Assembly: GCA_017609175.1 (NCBI GenBank)
Contig: JAFCEJ010000003.1
Coordinates: forward strand, 77,817-141,816
Length of the DNA stretch: 64,000 bases
Direction of reading: 5' to 3'
From: Candidatus Pacearchaeota archaeon
GTDB taxonomy: Archaea > Nanobdellota > Nanobdellia > Pacearchaeales > GW2011-AR1
In this document: piece after piece, positions 28,132 through 38,348 of the stretch
How positions within the stretch are numbered: position 1 is the stretch's first letter
Layout: each line of letters opens with the position of its first letter
Translations under genes and position numbers: made by a program
Notes under the pieces: generated by a model
Told to the model about the DNA's origin: nothing
The model's database searches: none
Seen by the model: only the letters and a program-made list of their open reading frames with translations

Positions 28132-28830
28132 ATGGAAGAAAGAAAAACAGTTCAACTTAAGAAAGATGAATTTGCTATTCGAGAATATATTAAAAAAACT
28201 CTTGGAAAAGGAAAAGTCAGCAAAGTTAAAATAGAATACACTCCTATCGGAGAAAAGATAATTGTTTCAACAAATAAACCCGGATTAGTTATTGGGAAAA
28301 GAGGAGAAAAAATTGAAGAGTTAACGGGATTTTTGAAAAAACAATTCAAACTTGAAAATCCCCATATTGAAATTGATGAAATAATGCGACCAGAATTTGA
28401 TGCTCAATTAATGGCAGATGAAATTGCCCTTGCATTAGAAAGATTTGGTCCGTTAAGATTTAAGGTTATTGCTTATAGAGCATTACAAAAAATAATGGAT
28501 GCTGGAGCATTGGGAGTAGAAATAAGATTAAGTGGAAAATTGCCTTCAAGTAGAGCAAGAGTTTGGAGATTTGCACAAGGTTATTTAAAGAAAACAGGGC
28601 ATAGCGCAAAGGTTGTTGATAGAGCACAGGCAAGAGCAGAAACAAAACCAGGAACTGTTGGGATAAAAGTTAGCATCCTTGCACCAGATGCACATCTTCA
28701 TGATAAAATAGAAATTAATGAAGAATTGCTAGAGAAACTAAAAAGAAATATGTTAGAATCTGAAGAAAAACCAAAAAAAGCAAGAAAAAAATCAACAAAA
28801 ACTAAAAAAATTAGGGAGAAAGAAAAATGA
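28132..28830 (+). CDS. rps3: 30S ribosomal protein S3 (uS3)
   Basis: KH domain plus S3 C-terminal domain. Confidence 0.9.
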   Translation: MEERKTVQLKKDEFAIREYIKKTLGKGKVSKVKIEYTPIGEKIIVSTNKPGLVIGKRGEKIEELTGFLKKQFKLENPHIEIDEIMRPEFDAQLMADEIALALERFGPLRFKVIAYRALQKIMDAGALGVEIRLSGKLPSSRARVWRFAQGYLKKTGHSAKVVDRAQARAETKPGTVGIKVSILAPDAHLHDKIEINEELLEKLKRNMLESEEKPKKARKKSTKTKKIREKEK

Positions 28831-29027
28831 AAATAAAAGAACTTAGACAAATGAATAAAGAAGATAGAGAAAAGAAACTAAAAGAATTAAAATTAGAATT
28901 AATTAAAGCAAAATCAACTTCAGCCAAAACTGCGAATGCAAAAACAAAACAAATTAAAAAAATTATTGCAAAGATACTTACACTCAACACCACAGAAAAT
29001 GATAAGGAGGTGTTGAAGAAAGAATAA
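28827..29027 (+). CDS. rpl29: 50S ribosomal protein L29 (uL29)
   Basis: It is 66 aa and helical; its position is conserved. Confidence 0.85.
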   Translation: MKIKELRQMNKEDREKKLKELKLELIKAKSTSAKTANAKTKQIKKIIAKILTLNTTENDKEVLKKE

Positions 29028-29327
29028 ATGGAAATATGTCCGAAGTGCGGCCTGCCAAAACAGGCTTGTGTATGTGAACAGATTGTGAAGAGTTCACAGA
29101 GAATAAAAGTGACAGCAGAGAAGCGGAAGTTCGGAAAAATAACAACTCAAATCTCTGGATTTGAGAAAGGGATTGACATAAAAAAAATCGCAAAGGCTTT
29201 GAAAAATGAGCTCGCGTGTGGGGGAACAAATAAAGGCGATACAATCGAACTTCAAGGAGACCACAGAAAAAAAGTGAAACCGATTTTGGTTTCATTAGGA
29301 TTTGACGAAGAATCAATCGAAGACTAA
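29028..29327 (+). CDS. eif1: Translation initiation factor SUI1 (aIF1)
   Basis: It has an N-terminal Zn knuckle (CPKCGLPKQACVC) and a SUI1 fold. Confidence 0.8.
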   Translation: MEICPKCGLPKQACVCEQIVKSSQRIKVTAEKRKFGKITTQISGFEKGIDIKKIAKALKNELACGGTNKGDTIELQGDHRKKVKPILVSLGFDEESIED

Positions 29328-29374
29328 CAAGATTCAAAATCTAAATCACATACGCTAAAAGAGGAGAAAGAAAA

Positions 29375-29740
29375 ATGAAGAAAGAAAAAGCAAGAAAGGA
29401 AAAAATGGAAAAAGAAAAAATAGCTGGAGCTGAAAAAACATGCAATGATGTCAAATGCCATATTCATGGAAAGCTAAAAACAAGAGGAAGAACCTTTGAA
29501 GGAACAGTAATAAAAAAATTCCCAAAAAGAGTTGTAATTGAATTCGAAAGAATGGTTTATATTAGAAAATATGAGAGATATAAAAAATCAAAAACAAAAA
29601 TCCATGCGAGACTTCCTGCTTGTATGGAAGATGAAATTAATGTTGGAGATTATATCAAAGTACAGGAATGCAGACCCCTAAGTAAATTAATTCATTCAGT
29701 AGTTATTGAAAAAATTAAAGAGGGGGGAGAGAAAAAATGA
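29375..29740 (+). CDS. rps17: 30S ribosomal protein S17 (uS17)
   Basis: It has an OB fold, TFEGTVIKKFPKRVVIEFERMVYIRKYERY. Confidence 0.85.
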   Translation: MKKEKARKEKMEKEKIAGAEKTCNDVKCHIHGKLKTRGRTFEGTVIKKFPKRVVIEFERMVYIRKYERYKKSKTKIHARLPACMEDEINVGDYIKVQECRPLSKLIHSVVIEKIKEGGEKK

Positions 29741-30138
29741 AAGCTGTAGGAGCAAAAACAACACGCGGATTGAATTTGGGGGCAACAATGATTGCTGCAG
29801 ATAATAGCGGAGCAAAAATTGTAAAGTTAGTTTCAGTAAAAAAAGGAAAAAGCAAGAAAGGTAGACAGAACTATGCAAAAATTGCGGATTGGGTAAAAGT
29901 GAGTATAAGAAAAGGTGTCCCAGATATGAAAGGAAAGGTTTTTGATGCAGTCATAATCAGACAAAAAAGACCTTACAGAAGATTAAATGGGGAGAGAATT
30001 GCTTTTGAAGATAATGCTGTTGCAATTTTGAAAGATGACAAAGGAAATCCTAAAGGAACTCAAATTAAAGGACCTATTGCAAGGGAGGTTCAGGAGCGAT
30101 GGCCATCTGTGGCTAAAATTGCTTCAATAGTTTATTAA
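29737..30138 (+). CDS. rpl14: 50S ribosomal protein L14 (uL14)
   Basis: ADNSGAK, a typical L14 motif. Confidence 0.9.
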   Translation: MKAVGAKTTRGLNLGATMIAADNSGAKIVKLVSVKKGKSKKGRQNYAKIADWVKVSIRKGVPDMKGKVFDAVIIRQKRPYRRLNGERIAFEDNAVAILKDDKGNPKGTQIKGPIAREVQERWPSVAKIASIVY

Positions 30139-30139
30139 A

Positions 30140-30607
30140 ATGAGAAAAAAATTTAGTACAAATTGGAAATCAAGCAAACAACCCAGAAAGCAAAGAAAAT
30201 ATTTAGCAAATGCCCCATTACATATTAGAAAAAAATTTGTTAGCGTGAATCTCTCAAAAGAATTAAGAAAAAAATATGGAAAAAGAAATATTCCGGTTAG
30301 AAAAGGAGATAAAGTAAAAATCATGAGAGGAAAGTTCAAAAATAAAACTGGAAAAGTATTAGAAATTAAATTAAAAACAGGAAAGATTTATGTTGAGGGA
30401 ATTCAAGTCAAGAAGCAAGACGGATCAAAAGTTAATGTTCCATTAAGAAATTCAAATCTACAGATTATTGAATTAAATTTAGAAGATAAAAAAAGGATAA
30501 AAAAACTCGAAGGAAAAGAAGAAAAGAAAGAAGATTTAAAGAAACCAAAGTCAACTTCACAAAAATCAAAATCAACTAAAGAAAAACTTAGGGAGGAAAA
30601 GAAATGA
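30140..30607 (+). CDS. rpl24: 50S ribosomal protein L24 (uL24) with K/E-rich C-terminal extension
   Basis: It has a KOW motif ([19 protein letters not shown]). Confidence 0.85.
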   Translation: MRKKFSTNWKSSKQPRKQRKYLANAPLHIRKKFVSVNLSKELRKKYGKRNIPVRKGDKVKIMRGKFKNKTGKVLEIKLKTGKIYVEGIQVKKQDGSKVNVPLRNSNLQIIELNLEDKKRIKKLEGKEEKKEDLKKPKSTSQKSKSTKEKLREEKK

Positions 30608-31254
30608 AACACCTAAAAAGACAAAAAGTACCAAAAAGCTGGCCAATACCAAGAAAAGGAACAACATTTGTAGTGAAACCCCGAGAAAATTTGAATAAGG
30701 GTATTCCAATTTTAATTATCCTAAGAGACATACTAAGAATTGCTAAAAACAGAAAAGAAGTAAAGAAAATAATTCATGAAAAATCTGTTTTATTAAATGG
30801 GAAAATTGTCAAGGATGAAAAAAATAGTGCAACATTGTTCGATGTAATAACTATTAACTCTCTGAAAAAAAATTATAGGTTAGATTTATCCGAGAAAGGC
30901 AAATTTAAACTTGAAGAAATAAAAGAAACAGAAGCAGGACAGAAAGTTTCAAAGATTATTAATAAAAAAATGTTGAAGAAGAAAAGAATGCAATTAAATT
31001 TAATTGATGGAAGAAACTTCTTATCAGATATAAAATGTAAAACAAATGATTCTGTGATTATCGACCTTAAGAATAAAAAAATAGAAAAGTGTTTACCGTT
31101 GCAAGAAAAGGCAAATGCAATTGTATTTGGTGGGAAACATGCGGGTGCAAGAGGAAAAATCGATAAAATAGATACAAAACACCAAATAGCAAAGTTAGAT
31201 GCTGGCAAAGAGAAAATTAATGTTTTAATTAAACATTTGATGGTGGTGGAATAA
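30604..31254 (+). CDS. rps4e: 30S ribosomal protein S4e (eS4)
   Basis: [19 protein letters not shown]... with a KOW domain. Confidence 0.85.
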   Translation: MKHLKRQKVPKSWPIPRKGTTFVVKPRENLNKGIPILIILRDILRIAKNRKEVKKIIHEKSVLLNGKIVKDEKNSATLFDVITINSLKKNYRLDLSEKGKFKLEEIKETEAGQKVSKIINKKMLKKKRMQLNLIDGRNFLSDIKCKTNDSVIIDLKNKKIEKCLPLQEKANAIVFGGKHAGARGKIDKIDTKHQIAKLDAGKEKINVLIKHLMVVE

Positions 31255-31764
31255 ATGGCAGAAAGCAAACAAAATCCGATGAGAGAAATAAAAATTGAGA
31301 AAGTCGTTTTTAGTATAGGCGGAACTGGGGAGAATTTAGAAAAAGGTGTTAAATTGTTAGAAAGATTAACAGGAAAAAAACCTGCAAAAATGATGACAAA
31401 GAAAAGAATTCCAACATTAAATGTAAGACCAAAATTAGAAGTAGGAGCGGTTGTTACAATTAGAAAAGATGTGGATGAAATTTTGAAAAAGATGTTAAGT
31501 GCAATTGATAATAAATTAAAGAGAAAACAAATAAGTGAAAATAATTTTTCGTTTGGAATAGAAGAATATATTGAAATCCCTGGTATGGAATATCAAAGAG
31601 ATATTGGAATTATTGGTTTAGATGTTACAGTAGTTTTTAAAAGAACAGGGAAAAGAGTTAAATTGAGGAAAATTAAAAGGGGAAGAATACCTAAAAGACA
31701 ATCAATTTCAAAACAAGAAATAATTAAATTTATGGAGGAAAAATTCAAAACCGAATTTATATAA
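31255..31764 (+). CDS. rpl5: 50S ribosomal protein L5 (uL5)
   Basis: Assigned from its position and pattern. Confidence 0.85.
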   Translation: MAESKQNPMREIKIEKVVFSIGGTGENLEKGVKLLERLTGKKPAKMMTKKRIPTLNVRPKLEVGAVVTIRKDVDEILKKMLSAIDNKLKRKQISENNFSFGIEEYIEIPGMEYQRDIGIIGLDVTVVFKRTGKRVKLRKIKRGRIPKRQSISKQEIIKFMEEKFKTEFI

Positions 31765-31765
31765 A

Positions 31766-31996
31766 ATGACAGCGAGTGATTGGAAAAAAATTTTGAAACA
31801 ATTGAAGAACAAACCTGCAATAAAGGCAAAATTTTTGAAACACAATAAGCCGAAAGAAAGAAAGTTCGGAATAGCTGCAAGAAAATGCGAAAAATGTGGA
31901 AGATTTGGTGCTCACATTAAATCATATGGATTAAATTTATGCCGACATTGCTTCAGAGAAATTGCTGAAGAAATTGGTTTTGAAAAATACAGTTAG
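31766..31996 (+). CDS. rps14: 30S ribosomal protein S14 (uS14, zinc type)
   Basis: It has CEKCGR...CRHC. Confidence 0.8.
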   Translation: MTASDWKKILKQLKNKPAIKAKFLKHNKPKERKFGIAARKCEKCGRFGAHIKSYGLNLCRHCFREIAEEIGFEKYS

Positions 31997-32005
31997 GAGG
32001 ACAAA

Positions 32006-32386
32006 ATGTCACAAGATGTTGTTGCAGATGCATTAAACATGATTAAGAATGCAAAAAAAGCTGGAAAGAAGAATGTAAAAGTCAAAAGAATCTCAAATTT
32101 GTTAATTGAGATTTTGAAAATAATGAAAAACAAAAAGGCAATCAAAACTTACAAAATAAACAGCAAAGAAAAGAGTGTAACTATAACACTTGGAGAGGTT
32201 TTGGAATGCAAGGCTATAAAACCAAGATTCACTGTTAAGAAAACCCAAATTGAAAAATATATGAGAAGATACTTGCCTGCACGAGGAATGGGAACAATAA
32301 TAGTTTCAACAAATAAGGGTTTGATGACCCATAATGAAGCAATAGAAGAAAATATTGGAGGGTGCTTAATTGCATACTTTTACTAA
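32006..32386 (+). CDS. rps8: 30S ribosomal protein S8 (uS8)
   Basis: Assigned from its position and pattern. Confidence 0.85.
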   Translation: MSQDVVADALNMIKNAKKAGKKNVKVKRISNLLIEILKIMKNKKAIKTYKINSKEKSVTITLGEVLECKAIKPRFTVKKTQIEKYMRRYLPARGMGTIIVSTNKGLMTHNEAIEENIGGCLIAYFY

Positions 32387-32928
32387 TGAAACAAGATATT
32401 GAAAAAATCATTGAAATTCCAGAAGGTGTGGAAGTTAGTGTAGATGGAACTGCAATAAATGTTAAAGGCAAGGAGGGGGAAGTTAAAAGAACTTTCAGGA
32501 TCAAGGGAATTAATTTCGAAAAAGGAGAAAAAGAACTAAGATTAATTAGTAAAAAAGCGACAAAGCAGGAAAAGAAAATGATGAATACAATTACAGCACA
32601 CATAAAAAATATGATAAAGGGTGTTGAAGAAAAATTTGAATATAAATTAAAAATCTGTACATCACACTTTCCGATAACTGTTGACTTAAAAGAAAATGAA
32701 GCAATTATCAAAAATTTTCTTGGGGAAAAAATCCCGAGAAAAGTTAGAATTCCTAAAGGAGTTGAAGTTGATATTGGCAAAGAAGAGATAATTGTTAAAT
32801 CAATAAATAAAGAATTAGCAGGGCAGACTGCAGCAAATTTTGAAAAAGCAACTAGGGTAAGATCAAGGGATAGAAGAATCTTCCAAGATGGTATTTTTAT
32901 TATAAATAAATCAGGAAAGGAAATTTAA
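32386..32928 (+). CDS. rpl6: 50S ribosomal protein L6 (uL6)
   Basis: There is a TAATG overlap with the S8 stop. It has a two-repeat L6 fold. The start was moved from the tracked 32362. Confidence 0.85.
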   Translation: MKQDIEKIIEIPEGVEVSVDGTAINVKGKEGEVKRTFRIKGINFEKGEKELRLISKKATKQEKKMMNTITAHIKNMIKGVEEKFEYKLKICTSHFPITVDLKENEAIIKNFLGEKIPRKVRIPKGVEVDIGKEEIIVKSINKELAGQTAANFEKATRVRSRDRRIFQDGIFIINKSGKEI

Positions 32929-32933
32929 ACAAA

Positions 32934-33347
32934 ATGGTAAAGAAATTTTTAAGGCGAGTGTGGGCAAGATATTCAAAATTGGGAAGAAAAAGAAAAAAGA
33001 AACAGAAATGGAAAAGACCCACTGGAAGAGATAATAAAATGAGAGAAAAGAGAAAAGGATATCCAAAAGTTGTTAGTATTGGTTATGGAAAAGAAAAAAA
33101 ATTAAGGGGGACTATTAATGGTAAAAAACCAATTATTGTAAGAAATGTTAAAGAACTTGAAAAAATCGGAAAAGATGAAATTGTTATTATCGGAAATGTT
33201 GGAAAAAAGAAAAAATTAGAAATTGCTAAAAAAATAAATGAAATGAAAATAGAAGTCCATAATTTGAACATAAAAAAATTTTTGAAAAAATATGAGAAAA
33301 AAGAAGAAAATAAGACTATTGAAAAAACAAAGGAGACTAAAAAATGA
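32934..33347 (+). CDS. rpl32e: 50S ribosomal protein L32e (eL32)
   Basis: It has a basic N-terminus and the L32e pattern. Confidence 0.8.
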   Translation: MVKKFLRRVWARYSKLGRKRKKKQKWKRPTGRDNKMREKRKGYPKVVSIGYGKEKKLRGTINGKKPIIVRNVKELEKIGKDEIVIIGNVGKKKKLEIAKKINEMKIEVHNLNIKKFLKKYEKKEENKTIEKTKETKK

Positions 33348-33751
33348 AATTAGATAAAAAAAGAAATCTGGCTGCAAGAACATTGAAGGTTGGGAAAGAA
33401 AGAATCATGTTTGTAATGTCTAGACTAGAAGAGATTAAAGAGGCGATTACAAAACAAGATATTAAGGACTTATATAAAGATGGTGCAATAATTATTAAAG
33501 AAGTTAAAGGAAGAAAGAAAATTGTTAAGAGAAAGAGAAAAAGGGGGCCTGGAAAAATCAAGAAAAAAGTGAATAAAAGGAAACAAGAATATGTTAAAAT
33601 GACCAGAAAATTAAGAGAATATGTTAAAACATTAAAAGAAAAAGGAAAATTATCGAGGGAGGAAATTATTGAAATAAGAAAAAGGATAAGAAATAGAAAA
33701 TTCCATAGTTTAGCAAATTTAAAAGAATATATTGGAGGTTTAAGGAAATGA
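33344..33751 (+). CDS. rpl19e: 50S ribosomal protein L19e (eL19)
   Basis: MKLDKKRNLAARTLKVGKERI. Confidence 0.85.
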   Translation: MKLDKKRNLAARTLKVGKERIMFVMSRLEEIKEAITKQDIKDLYKDGAIIIKEVKGRKKIVKRKRKRGPGKIKKKVNKRKQEYVKMTRKLREYVKTLKEKGKLSREEIIEIRKRIRNRKFHSLANLKEYIGGLRK

Positions 33752-34239
33752 AAGTCCAAAAACGAAGAAGAAGGGAAGCAAAAACAAATTATTCAAAAAG
33801 AATTAAATTACTTAAAGGAAACTCCCCAAGAGTTGTTTTTAGAAAAACAAACAAATATGTAATTGCACAATATGTAACAAGCAAACATGCACAAGATAAA
33901 ATTGAAATGGGAATTAATTCAAAAATTTTATTAAAATACGGTTGGCCAAAACAAGCCGAAGGAGGATTAAAATCAATTCCTGCGTCATATTTGACAGGAT
34001 TATTAATTGGCAAAAAGATTATTGAGAAAAAATTAGAAACTCCGATTATTGATTTTGGAATGATTAGAAATTTGCATAAAACAAAGATTTATGCATTTAT
34101 GAAAGGGTTAATTGATGCTGGAATAAAAATAAAATTCGACGAGAAAAAAGATATTTTTCCTAGCAATGAAAGAATCAAAGGAGAACATTTGAGGAATAAA
34201 ATCCCATTTGAACAAATTAAATCAAAAATAGAAGAATAA
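33748..34239 (+). CDS. rpl18: 50S ribosomal protein L18 (uL18)
   Basis: Assigned from its position and pattern. Confidence 0.85.
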   Translation: MKVQKRRRREAKTNYSKRIKLLKGNSPRVVFRKTNKYVIAQYVTSKHAQDKIEMGINSKILLKYGWPKQAEGGLKSIPASYLTGLLIGKKIIEKKLETPIIDFGMIRNLHKTKIYAFMKGLIDAGIKIKFDEKKDIFPSNERIKGEHLRNKIPFEQIKSKIEE

Positions 34240-34240
34240 A

Positions 34241-34996
34241 ATGACTAAGGAAGAAATAACAAAACAAGAAGAGAAAATTAAAGAAGAGGTTGTAGACGAG
34301 GTAGTTAAAACTCAAAAACAAGAAAGTGGAAGAAAAAAACAAGAAGATAAATTTATTTCTTGGGAACCGAAAACAAAATTAGGAAAAGATGTGAAATCTA
34401 AAAAAATTAAAGATATTGATTATATCTTAGATAATAATTTGAAAATTTTAGAAGAACAGATTGTTGATATGTTGCTTGATGTTAAATCAGATTTATTTTT
34501 GATAGGGCAATCAAAGGGTAAGTTTGGTGGTGGAAAAAGAAGAGCATGGAGGCAAACCCAACGGAAAACAAGAGAAGGAAATGTCCCCACATTCTCTGCT
34601 TTAGCAGTAGTTGGTGATGAAAATGGACATATTGGTATTGGTAGTGGAAAGGCTATGGAAACCTTGCCTGCACGGGATAAAGCAATAAGAAAGGCAAAAT
34701 TGAATATCTTTAAAATCAATCGAGCGTGTGCAGATTTTGATTGTGCTTGTTTAGAACCTCATACAGTTCCGTTTAAAGTTACAGGAAAATCTGGGAGTGT
34801 CAGAGTAACCCTAATTCCTGCACCAATGGGAACTGGATTAGTAGTCGGGAGAGAATTAAAAAAAGTTTTAAGCTTAGCAGGAATTAAAGATGTATATAGT
34901 AGGACTTCTGGAAGAAAACGAACCACTTTCAATTTAATTAAAGCTTGTATTGATGCTTTGAAAAAAACAAACCCCCAGGAAGGTAAAAAAATATGA
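34241..34996 (+). CDS. rps5: 30S ribosomal protein S5 (uS5)
   Basis: It has a dsRBD plus the S5 C-terminal domain (GGGKRRAWRQTQRK...GIGSGKA). Confidence 0.9.
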   Translation: MTKEEITKQEEKIKEEVVDEVVKTQKQESGRKKQEDKFISWEPKTKLGKDVKSKKIKDIDYILDNNLKILEEQIVDMLLDVKSDLFLIGQSKGKFGGGKRRAWRQTQRKTREGNVPTFSALAVVGDENGHIGIGSGKAMETLPARDKAIRKAKLNIFKINRACADFDCACLEPHTVPFKVTGKSGSVRVTLIPAPMGTGLVVGRELKKVLSLAGIKDVYSRTSGRKRTTFNLIKACIDALKKTNPQEGKKI

Positions 34997-35352
34997 TAGC
35001 AATAATAAGAATTCATGGCATGGTAAAAATGAATAAAAAAATAGAGGAAACTCTATATAGATTAAGACTAAGAAAAAAATATGCTTGTGTTGTTTTCCAA
35101 AATCCAACAGAAGAACAAATAGGGATGATAAAAAAAGTAAGAAATTTTGTGGCTTATGGGGAAATTGACGAAGCTACTTATAAAGAACTTGTTGAAAAAA
35201 GAGGAAAAAAAGATGATGGAAAATTAAAACCCTTTTTTAGATTGCATCCGCCAAGAGGGGGAATAGATTCTAAAAAACATTTTGGGGTTGGGAAAGGAGT
35301 TTTAGGAGACAATGGAAAGAAAATAAATGATTTAATTAGGAGGATGTTATAA
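34993..35352 (+). CDS. rpl30: 50S ribosomal protein L30 (uL30)
   Basis: Assigned from its position and pattern. Confidence 0.8.
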   Translation: MIAIIRIHGMVKMNKKIEETLYRLRLRKKYACVVFQNPTEEQIGMIKKVRNFVAYGEIDEATYKELVEKRGKKDDGKLKPFFRLHPPRGGIDSKKHFGVGKGVLGDNGKKINDLIRRML

Positions 35353-35843
35353 TGGCAGTTAAAACTCACAAAACAAAAAAAGCAAAGAAGATGAGAGGAA
35401 GAAATATGGGGACCCATGGATGGGGTGCCCGGAAAAAACATAAAAAATCAGGTCATAAGGGTGGAAAAGGAATGTCTGGAAGTGGGAAAAGAGGAGATCA
35501 GAAAAAGACACTTGTAACAAAAAAATATGGACACAAATATTTCGGAAAGCGAGGTATAACCAGCAAGAAAACTAAAAAAGATAAAAGAAAAAGAATAAAT
35601 TTAAGAGATATTGAATTAAAATTAGAAAAAATTGGAAAGAAAACTACAAAAGGTTATGAAATTGATTTAAAAGATTATAAAATTCTTGGTGAAGGAGAGG
35701 TTAAAAATAAGTTAATTATAAAAGCAAAAGAAGCTTCTAAAAGTGCAATAGAAAAGGTGAAGGAGAAAGGAGGAGAGATTATTTTGCCTACTAAAAATAT
35801 TCAAGAAAAAGGGGAAATAAAAGCTGAAGAGCAAAATGACTGA
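35352..35843 (+). CDS. rpl15: 50S ribosomal protein L15 (uL15)
   Basis: It has a G/K-rich N-terminus (GHKGGKGMSGSGKRG). Confidence 0.85.
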   Translation: MAVKTHKTKKAKKMRGRNMGTHGWGARKKHKKSGHKGGKGMSGSGKRGDQKKTLVTKKYGHKYFGKRGITSKKTKKDKRKRINLRDIELKLEKIGKKTTKGYEIDLKDYKILGEGEVKNKLIIKAKEASKSAIEKVKEKGGEIILPTKNIQEKGEIKAEEQND

Positions 35844-37290
35844 TTTAAGAAACGTTTTCAGCTTCATACCAGAAGTTAGAAAGCCAGATGAGAAAAAACT
35901 TAGTTTTAATACAAAGTTAAAGTGGACTTCAATAGTCCTTGTTGCATTTTTTGTTCTTGCTAATATTACTCTTTATGGTTTAGATAAAAATTTCTTAGCA
36001 CGGTTTGATTTTTTATCGACGGTACTTGCAGCTGATTTTGGAAGTATTATCTCGCTTGGTATTGGACCAATTGTTATGGCTTCAATTATTTTACAATTAT
36101 TGACTGGTGCAGGAATTGTTAATATTGATACAACTACTGTAGAAGGGAAAAGATTTTTTCAAGGAGTTCAAAAATTAATGGTATTCTTTTTTATAGTTTT
36201 TGAAGCACTTGTCTATGTTTTAATGAAAGGGCTTTCAGCAAGTCCTGAATTAGGAGCAATGGGTCCGACGATCTTGATTGTGCAATTAATAATGGGGGGT
36301 CTATTAATTTTTTATATGGATGAGTTATGTCAAAAATGGGGTTTTGGTTCAGGAGTAAGTTTATTTATTGCTGCAGGAGTTTCTAGGAGAATAATTACTG
36401 CAAGTTTTCAATTCATCAATCAGCAAGGCAGAAATTGTCTTCTGGATTTTAAAAATACTGCCTGTCCTGGAAAAGTTTTTGTTTTTATCCAATCTATAAT
36501 TAATAAAGCGCCAATTGAAGCAACATCTGCACTCTCTGCCATTTTGATTACTGTTTTAATTTTCTTATTGGTTGTCTGGGCTCAATCGTTGAAAGTTGAA
36601 ATCCCTTTGTCATTTGGCAGGATTAAAGGCTATGCTGTAAAATGGCCGCTAAGTTTTTTTTATGCTTCTGTTATTCCAGTTATTTTAACTGCCGCATTGA
36701 TTGCGAATATACAGCTATTTGGAGGAATCATTGAAAATGCTGCAATGCCTTGTTTAACTGGTGAAGGCGTTTGTGATGGAATGGCAAGATTTGCATCACA
36801 TTTCACATTTTTAGGGCATTTTGTAGAAGGAAGGGCAGTTTCTGGTTTGGCGTTTTGGATGAGTTCTACTAGATTAGTAGAATTAATTATCCGAGGAGGA
36901 TTTATGTGGAAGTATTTATTGCAGGGCTTGACACATATCCTGTTTTTCGTATTTTTTTCTACAATATTCGCGCTTTTCTGGGTCAAAACTTCTGGAATGG
37001 ATGCAAAAGCCCAAGCACATAATATTATATCTTCAGGTTTACAACTTGCAGGATTTAGGCAAGATGAAAGAGTTTTAGAAAGTATTTTAGATAGATATAT
37101 TATCCCTTTAACAGTAATGGGTGGTGCTGCAATTGGTTTGCTTGCATCAATTACAAATCTTCTTGGGGCATTGGTTTCTGGAACAGCAATTCTTTTAGTA
37201 ATTATGATTATGTTCCAGTTCTACCAAAATATTGTTAAAGACCATGCAATGGATATGAATCCTGCAATGAGGAAATTTATGAGCAACTAA
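35836..37290 (+). CDS. secY: Preprotein translocase subunit SecY
   Basis: It has 10 TM, shows the SecY pattern and is the last gene of the operon. Confidence 0.95.
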   Translation: MTDLRNVFSFIPEVRKPDEKKLSFNTKLKWTSIVLVAFFVLANITLYGLDKNFLARFDFLSTVLAADFGSIISLGIGPIVMASIILQLLTGAGIVNIDTTTVEGKRFFQGVQKLMVFFFIVFEALVYVLMKGLSASPELGAMGPTILIVQLIMGGLLIFYMDELCQKWGFGSGVSLFIAAGVSRRIITASFQFINQQGRNCLLDFKNTACPGKVFVFIQSIINKAPIEATSALSAILITVLIFLLVVWAQSLKVEIPLSFGRIKGYAVKWPLSFFYASVIPVILTAALIANIQLFGGIIENAAMPCLTGEGVCDGMARFASHFTFLGHFVEGRAVSGLAFWMSSTRLVELIIRGGFMWKYLLQGLTHILFFVFFSTIFALFWVKTSGMDAKAQAHNIISSGLQLAGFRQDERVLESILDRYIIPLTVMGGAAIGLLASITNLLGALVSGTAILLVIMIMFQFYQNIVKDHAMDMNPAMRKFMSN

Positions 37291-37330
37291 GAACAACAAA
37301 TCTTAAAAACAATTAACCAGATATTTTTCT

Positions 37331-37708
37331 ATGAAAATTAGAAGAACTATTGAAGAAGTAGTTGAACATGGGGAAAAAATAGTTATTGAAAATATAAAAA
37401 TTGCTGGAAAAGAATACAAATTGAAAATAATGGAAACAAAAGAAGTTAAGAGTTTGTCTTTTCAATTCTTTGATAAAAACTCTAATTTAGATTGTATGGA
37501 AGAATACCCTGAGTTCCAGATAACAATTCATGCAAAAGGAGAAATAGGGTTTATGAGATATTGTCATCGAAACCATGACCATGATGATATTGAAACCTTA
37601 CAGATAAATGAAAAAGGTGAGATTAAATGGAGAAGCAGATACCCTTATAAGGGGGAAGGTTATAAATTTTTTAAAATACTTTTTGGTTCTATAAAGAAAA
37701 ATTATTAA
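37331..37708 (+). CDS. Hypothetical protein
   Basis: It is a 125 aa ORF with a His/Asp-rich patch (HRNHDHDD). It sits where adk usually lies. Confidence 0.4.
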   Translation: MKIRRTIEEVVEHGEKIVIENIKIAGKEYKLKIMETKEVKSLSFQFFDKNSNLDCMEEYPEFQITIHAKGEIGFMRYCHRNHDHDDIETLQINEKGEIKWRSRYPYKGEGYKFFKILFGSIKKNY

Positions 37709-37744
37709 CTGAAACTTTAAAAACCTCTTTTCTTTTTTTTAACC

Positions 37745-38290
37745 ATGGACACACAAGGAAAAGAGGGCAGTTTTATGCCAATTTTTATTGTATTAATGGC
37801 CTCTTTACTCATAGCCATGTTCTGGAATAGTATGCCAATAATAAAAGATAGTGTTCATAAAATATTGGACCCATCTGCAGGAGCACTATTAAATTGGAAT
37901 ATCACTTATGGTATGCTTATAATTATTTCAATTATGAGTTTTATTACGACATTGACCCAGAAATATCTTACCGACCAAAAAACAATGAGAGAATTAAAGG
38001 CAGAACAAAAAAAACTCAATGAAGAGATGAAGAAACTTGAAGTTGGTTCTAAAGAATATAGGGAATTAAGCATGAAATCATTAAAATTTATGGGTCCTAT
38101 GATGAAACTTAGCATGAGGCCTATAGTATTTACAGGTATTCCATTCCTTTTACTTTTTAGGTGGTTTATGGATACATTTACAAAATTAGGCAATCCGACA
38201 TTTTTTGGATTTTTGAACTGGTTTTGGTTTTATTTAATTATGTCTCTTATCATTGGTTCTGTTTTAAGAAAGATTTTGAAGGTTGTATAA
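37745..38290 (+). CDS. DUF106 (EMC3/TMCO1-like) archaeal Oxa1/YidC-type insertase
   Basis: It has 3 TM plus a coiled-coil, the typical DUF106 architecture, and sits in the conserved post-secY position. The start may instead be the internal ATG at 37775. Confidence 0.65.
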   Translation: MDTQGKEGSFMPIFIVLMASLLIAMFWNSMPIIKDSVHKILDPSAGALLNWNITYGMLIIISIMSFITTLTQKYLTDQKTMRELKAEQKKLNEEMKKLEVGSKEYRELSMKSLKFMGPMMKLSMRPIVFTGIPFLLLFRWFMDTFTKLGNPTFFGFLNWFWFYLIMSLIIGSVLRKILKVV

Positions 38291-38348
38291 ACCTTAATCC
38301 CAATAAAAGTAGAGAAAGTTTTAAAAGTGATTTAAGGCTGCTGTTTCT

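Noticed and set aside
32235-33759. Antisense ORFs (181, 62 and 140 aa) across the S8/L6/L32e/L19e genes.
   Set aside because: The ribosomal protein genes on the plus strand are tightly packed and conserved. The minus-strand ORFs are AT-rich Phe/Leu/Ile artefacts.
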